This document shows positions 60,876-64,000 of a stretch of DNA of 64,000 nt, piece by piece. Made by a program: the position numbers and the translations under genes. The stretch's first letter is position 1, and each line of letters begins with the position of its first letter. The stretch comes from an uncultured delta proteobacterium. GTDB lineage: Bacteria > Myxococcota_A > Polyangia > Polyangiales > Polyangiaceae. The stretch spans positions 4,064,001 through 4,128,000 of the forward strand of contig CAWDXG010000004.1 of NCBI GenBank assembly GCA_963806225.1, read 5' to 3'. The notes under the pieces are model-generated. The model worked only from the letters and a program-made list of their open reading frames with translations, made no database searches and had not been told where the DNA came from.

Positions 60876-61388
60876 TCAGTCGCCTGGCGCGCCGTCGGTC
60901 AGCGCATCTCCCGGGGCATCCGTCGCCGCGTCGCCGACGGCTCCCGCGTCCGACATGGCATCGCTGCCCGCGTCGCTTCCAGCCGCGCCGGCCGTTCCAC
61001 CGCTGCCAGCCGCGCCGGCCGTTCCACCGCTGCCAGCCGCGCCGGCCGTGCCACCGCTGCCGGCCGCGCCGGCCGTTCCACCGCTGCCAGCCGCGCCGGC
61101 CGTGCCACCGGTGCCGGCGCCGCCTGCTCCGCCCGTTCCGCCACTAGTGCCGGCAGTCCCCCCACCGGACCCACCCGTGCCGGCGCCCGCCGCGCCGCCG
61201 AACGCACCGCCACCCCCGCTGCCGCCGGTGTTCATCGATCCGCCACCGCCGCCGGCGTCCGCTCCGATGCCTCCACCCGTACCGTTGTTGCCGGTGTCGC
61301 TGGGCGGTTCCGGCTGCGGATTGAGCACGCAGGAGCCCACTCCACCCAGGGCCAGTAACCCCACCAACAAGAAGCCTGTGCCACGCAT
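60876..61388 (-). CDS. Low-complexity lipoprotein with LNPQPEPP motif
   Basis: VGSC-VLNPQPEPP followed by GGTAGAAGS repeats and a DA-rich tail. Confidence 0.75.
   Translation of the reverse strand: MRGTGFLLVGLLALGGVGSCVLNPQPEPPSDTGNNGTGGGIGADAGGGGGSMNTGGSGGGGAFGGAAGAGTGGSGGGTAGTSGGTGGAGGAGTGGTAGAAGSGGTAGAAGSGGTAGAAGSGGTAGAAGSGGTAGAAGSDAGSDAMSDAGAVGDAATDAPGDALTDGAPGD
60979..61110. repeat. 27-bp coding tandem repeat (GGTAGAAGS, about 5 copies)
   Basis: ccagccgcgccggccgtKccaccgctg repeated. Confidence 0.88.
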
Positions 61389-61461
61389 ACCCGGAACGCT
61401 CCGTACCGGGAGTGTAGCAATATCCCAGCCAATCCGGGGAACCCGGCGAGCGCGGGGTCGC

Positions 61462-62301
61462 TCAGCCCGCGGAATCCAGCGCCGCGCGCGCCGCCGCCAA
61501 CAGCGCTAACGCGCGATCCATCCCGGCAGGCGCTCGCTCGAGCTCCGACGCCACCTGCTCGAGCTCGCCGCACAGCTCGCGTAGTAGAGCCGCGATCTCG
61601 TCCGCGTTCGAGCTGAAGATATCGCCCCACATTCTCCCGGGGCCGCCAGCACCGCGGGTCAGACGCGAGAACGCCGGCCCCGCTGCGATCCCCGCCTGGC
61701 GGCGCTCCGCGAGCACGGCCATGGCGCTCGCCAGGAGCTGCGGCACATGGCTCGTCAACGCGACGGCCCGATCGTGCTCGGCCGCGCCCATCCGCGCCGG
61801 CACGGCGCCCACTCGCCGCACCAGCTCCTCCGCGCGAGCCAGCGCCTCCGCATCACAGGCCTCCGGACACAGTATCCAGCGACGGCGCTCGAACAGATCG
61901 GCTCTCGCCTGCTCGAGGCCGCCAATGGGAGCGCCCGCCATGGGGTGTCCCGGAACGAAGCGCGACGCGCGGGGAGATCGCAGCGCGGCTTCAGCGATCA
62001 CGCGCTTCGTAGAGCCGCAGTCGGTAACAACGTCGCCGAGCTCCAGGGCTTCACCGAGCTGCCGCACGATCTCCTGCACCGGCATCGCCAGCACGACCAG
62101 CGAAGCGTCGGCGAGCGCAGCGCGTACGGCTTCGCGATCCGCGGCGTCGATGCGCTCTTCGATTGCAGCCGCGGCGGCAGGCGAGCCGATCACTTCCGCA
62201 ACGTCGATCCCGACCCGCTCGCCGTGCGGCTCGGCGGCGCGATGCGCCAACGCGATCGAGCCGCCGATCAGGCCGAGTCCGACCACTACCAGGCGTGTCA
62301 T
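61462..62301 (-). CDS. tyrA: Prephenate/arogenate dehydrogenase (no ACT domain)
   Basis: GLGLIGGS, TDCGSTK, GHPMAG, HDRAVALTSHVPQ. Confidence 0.92.
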   Translation of the reverse strand: MTRLVVVGLGLIGGSIALAHRAAEPHGERVGIDVAEVIGSPAAAAAIEERIDAADREAVRAALADASLVVLAMPVQEIVRQLGEALELGDVVTDCGSTKRVIAEAALRSPRASRFVPGHPMAGAPIGGLEQARADLFERRRWILCPEACDAEALARAEELVRRVGAVPARMGAAEHDRAVALTSHVPQLLASAMAVLAERRQAGIAAGPAFSRLTRGAGGPGRMWGDIFSSNADEIAALLRELCGELEQVASELERAPAGMDRALALLAAARAALDSAG

Positions 62302-62320
62302 CGCTACTCCGGGGCGCGCG

Positions 62321-63214
62321 TCATCCCCGAACGGCTGCACCCACCGCGCGCAGCTTCTCGGCGAGCTCCACGGCGTCTTCCCAGCTGAGTGTGGCCGGCA
62401 CGCGAGGCAGGTCGCCTTCGCGTCCGACCCAGACGCGCAGGATCACGCCGTCCGCGCCCGCCGCGATCGCCGCACAGGCCACCGCCGTGGAATAGCGGGC
62501 GCGCTGCGCGATGGTCGGCACATCGACCACGATAGGCAGATGGGTGCGGATCTTGGCGCGCGCGATCGCGGCGATCTCGAGCGTCCGGGCACCGTTGGGA
62601 TACTCGCCTCCCGCTTCGAGCAGCACCACGCTGCCCTCGCGGCGCTCGAGCTCCTTCTCGGCTGCGCCGATCCACGAGTTGGCACCCCAGCTCGGGGCGC
62701 GCTCGACGAACACAACGGGCCAGCGCGGCTCCGCCGGCTGCGGGTGCAGCGGCAGGCAGGCCAGCGATCCGATGGTCTCGGGCGCGAGCCGCGAACGCGT
62801 CACCGCGGAGTCGAACGGCCTCCCCGCCGCCACCTCGTACGGCAGCTCCGCGGACGGCGGCCCGTTGTCACCCTCGACGAGTGAACCGTTCCGCTGCGTC
62901 GTCAGACCAATGGGTTCGATAGCGATCCACGGTCGCTCTCCGCCGATGATGCCCCAGGTTCCCTCGACGACGCTCGAGTGCTTCCGGAAACGGCGCGACG
63001 CGAGCCGGAACGGCTCGCTGACGCGCACAACCTCTGCGACGCCGGCAAGCTCCCGCACGACCGCCATGTCGTCCTGGGTCACGTCCCCGACCACGCCCAG
63101 GATCGTGCGGCTCTGCCCGCTCGAGCGATGCACGTCGAAGCCTGCGCCGACCAGGTACGACATCACGGACTCGATGGCCGCCTCGGGCGTTTCGGGCTCC
63201 ATCACGACGATCAT
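62321..63214 (-). CDS. Catalytically degenerate type I-beta DAHP synthase homologue with intact N-terminal ACT-like domain
   Basis: MIVVME...HRSSGQSRTILGVVGD...VVRVSEPFRLASR; THLPIVVD; AAIAAGADG; lacks AGPCS, KPR(T/S) and DPSH. Confidence 0.78.
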   Translation of the reverse strand: MIVVMEPETPEAAIESVMSYLVGAGFDVHRSSGQSRTILGVVGDVTQDDMAVVRELAGVAEVVRVSEPFRLASRRFRKHSSVVEGTWGIIGGERPWIAIEPIGLTTQRNGSLVEGDNGPPSAELPYEVAAGRPFDSAVTRSRLAPETIGSLACLPLHPQPAEPRWPVVFVERAPSWGANSWIGAAEKELERREGSVVLLEAGGEYPNGARTLEIAAIARAKIRTHLPIVVDVPTIAQRARYSTAVACAAIAAGADGVILRVWVGREGDLPRVPATLSWEDAVELAEKLRAVGAAVRG

Positions 63215-63393
63215 GGGACCGACGAGGGTAGCAAAACCCAGCCCGACGGGGAGGGCTATCGTCCCGCGCCCTCCCGGACCCCGGACCAGGCCGGATGCCG
63301 GCCTCCGGCCCGCCAGCGCCAGCGGCGTTTTTGTCGCGAACTTCCCGGGGCTTGTCGCTGCTGGCCGCTTCAAGGCGACGCCGCTATGGTGTA

Positions 63394-64000
63394 GTGGCGA
63401 AACTCGAACCCCGAGCGCGAGCCCCCGTGCAACCCACCGAAACCCAGCCCGATCCCGTGCTCGGCACCCTCGTCGCCGGACGCTACCGGATCATCAAACC
63501 GCTCGGCGAGGGCGGCATGGGCCAGGTGTACCTGGCCGAGCACGAAGCTATCGAGAAAAAGGTCGCCGTCAAGGTGCTCCGGCGCGAGTACTCGGAGAAG
63601 CCCGACATCGTCGCGCGTTTCCAGCAGGAGGCCGTCAGCGCTTCCCGCATCAAGCACCCGAACGTGCTCGATGTGTTCGACTTCGGGCAGCTCGACAACG
63701 GCTGCTTCTTCCTGGCCATGGAGTTCCTGGAAGGGAACGACCTCGCCGACGAGCTCACGCGCCATCGTTTGATCGACCCCCAGCGGGGCGTGCGCATCGC
63801 ACTGCAGATCTGCCGCGCGCTCGCCGCAGCGCACTCGCGCGGCGTCGTGCACCGCGACATGAAGCCCGAGAACGTCTTTCTGCAGCACATCGGCGACGGG
63901 GAGGAAATCGTCAAGATCGTCGACTTCGGCATCGCCCAGCTGCGAAGCACGGAGGAAGCCGCCGCCTCGGAACCGAAACGCCGCCGGCTGACGCGCACCG
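63394..64000 (+). CDS. Hanks-type Ser/Thr protein kinase (runs off the window)
   Basis: Translated by hand: GRYRIIKPLGEGGMGQVYLA, VAVKVL, HRDMKPEN, DFGIA; start GTG at 63394 or 63427. Confidence 0.93.
   Translation, partial: MAKLEPRARAPVQPTETQPDPVLGTLVAGRYRIIKPLGEGGMGQVYLAEHEAIEKKVAVKVLRREYSEKPDIVARFQQEAVSASRIKHPNVLDVFDFGQLDNGCFFLAMEFLEGNDLADELTRHRLIDPQRGVRIALQICRALAAAHSRGVVHRDMKPENVFLQHIGDGEEIVKIVDFGIAQLRSTEEAAASEPKRRRLTRT

Noticed and set aside
59006..61110. Two 27-bp repeat tracts as CRISPR or ncRNA arrays
   Set aside because: In-frame low-complexity linkers of lipoproteins; no spacers

Overview
High-GC chromosomal window from a myxobacterium (Myxococcota, probably Polyangia). The taxon call rests on a MYXO-CTERM-like sorted protein, a TIGR02266-type PilZ protein, DUF4388 signalling proteins, Gly/Cys-rich lipoproteins and a Hanks kinase. 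It holds about 55 genes, mostly housekeeping or envelope: dcp, rph, queE, modAB, amrS, a leuB-family dehydrogenase, dapF, an aroK-aroB fusion, zapA, bioF-bioD, ccmA, moxR-DUF58-tgpA, rpe and tyrA. I found no rRNA, tRNA, CRISPR array or mobile element. Main points of interest: (1) two parS sites and a DnaA-box-like cluster in a convergent intergenic gap suggest the window is origin-proximal and may contain oriC, although dnaA is absent; (2) several apparent pseudoenzymes, namely a DAHP-synthase homologue lacking its catalytic motifs next to an ACT-less tyrA, a REC-DUF4388 protein with a degenerate small-GTPase-like tail coupled to a degenerate GGDEF regulator, and a dead sulfatase; (3) tandem lipoproteins made of little more than a CxLNPQPEPP motif plus low-complexity sequence; (4) paired paralogous beta-barrel proteins upstream of a MYXO-CTERM protein; (5) four +1 frameshifts (dapF, bioF twice, a large response regulator), each repairable by removing one A from GAA, most likely systematic sequencing errors. 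All family calls come from motif recognition by eye; no database searches were run.
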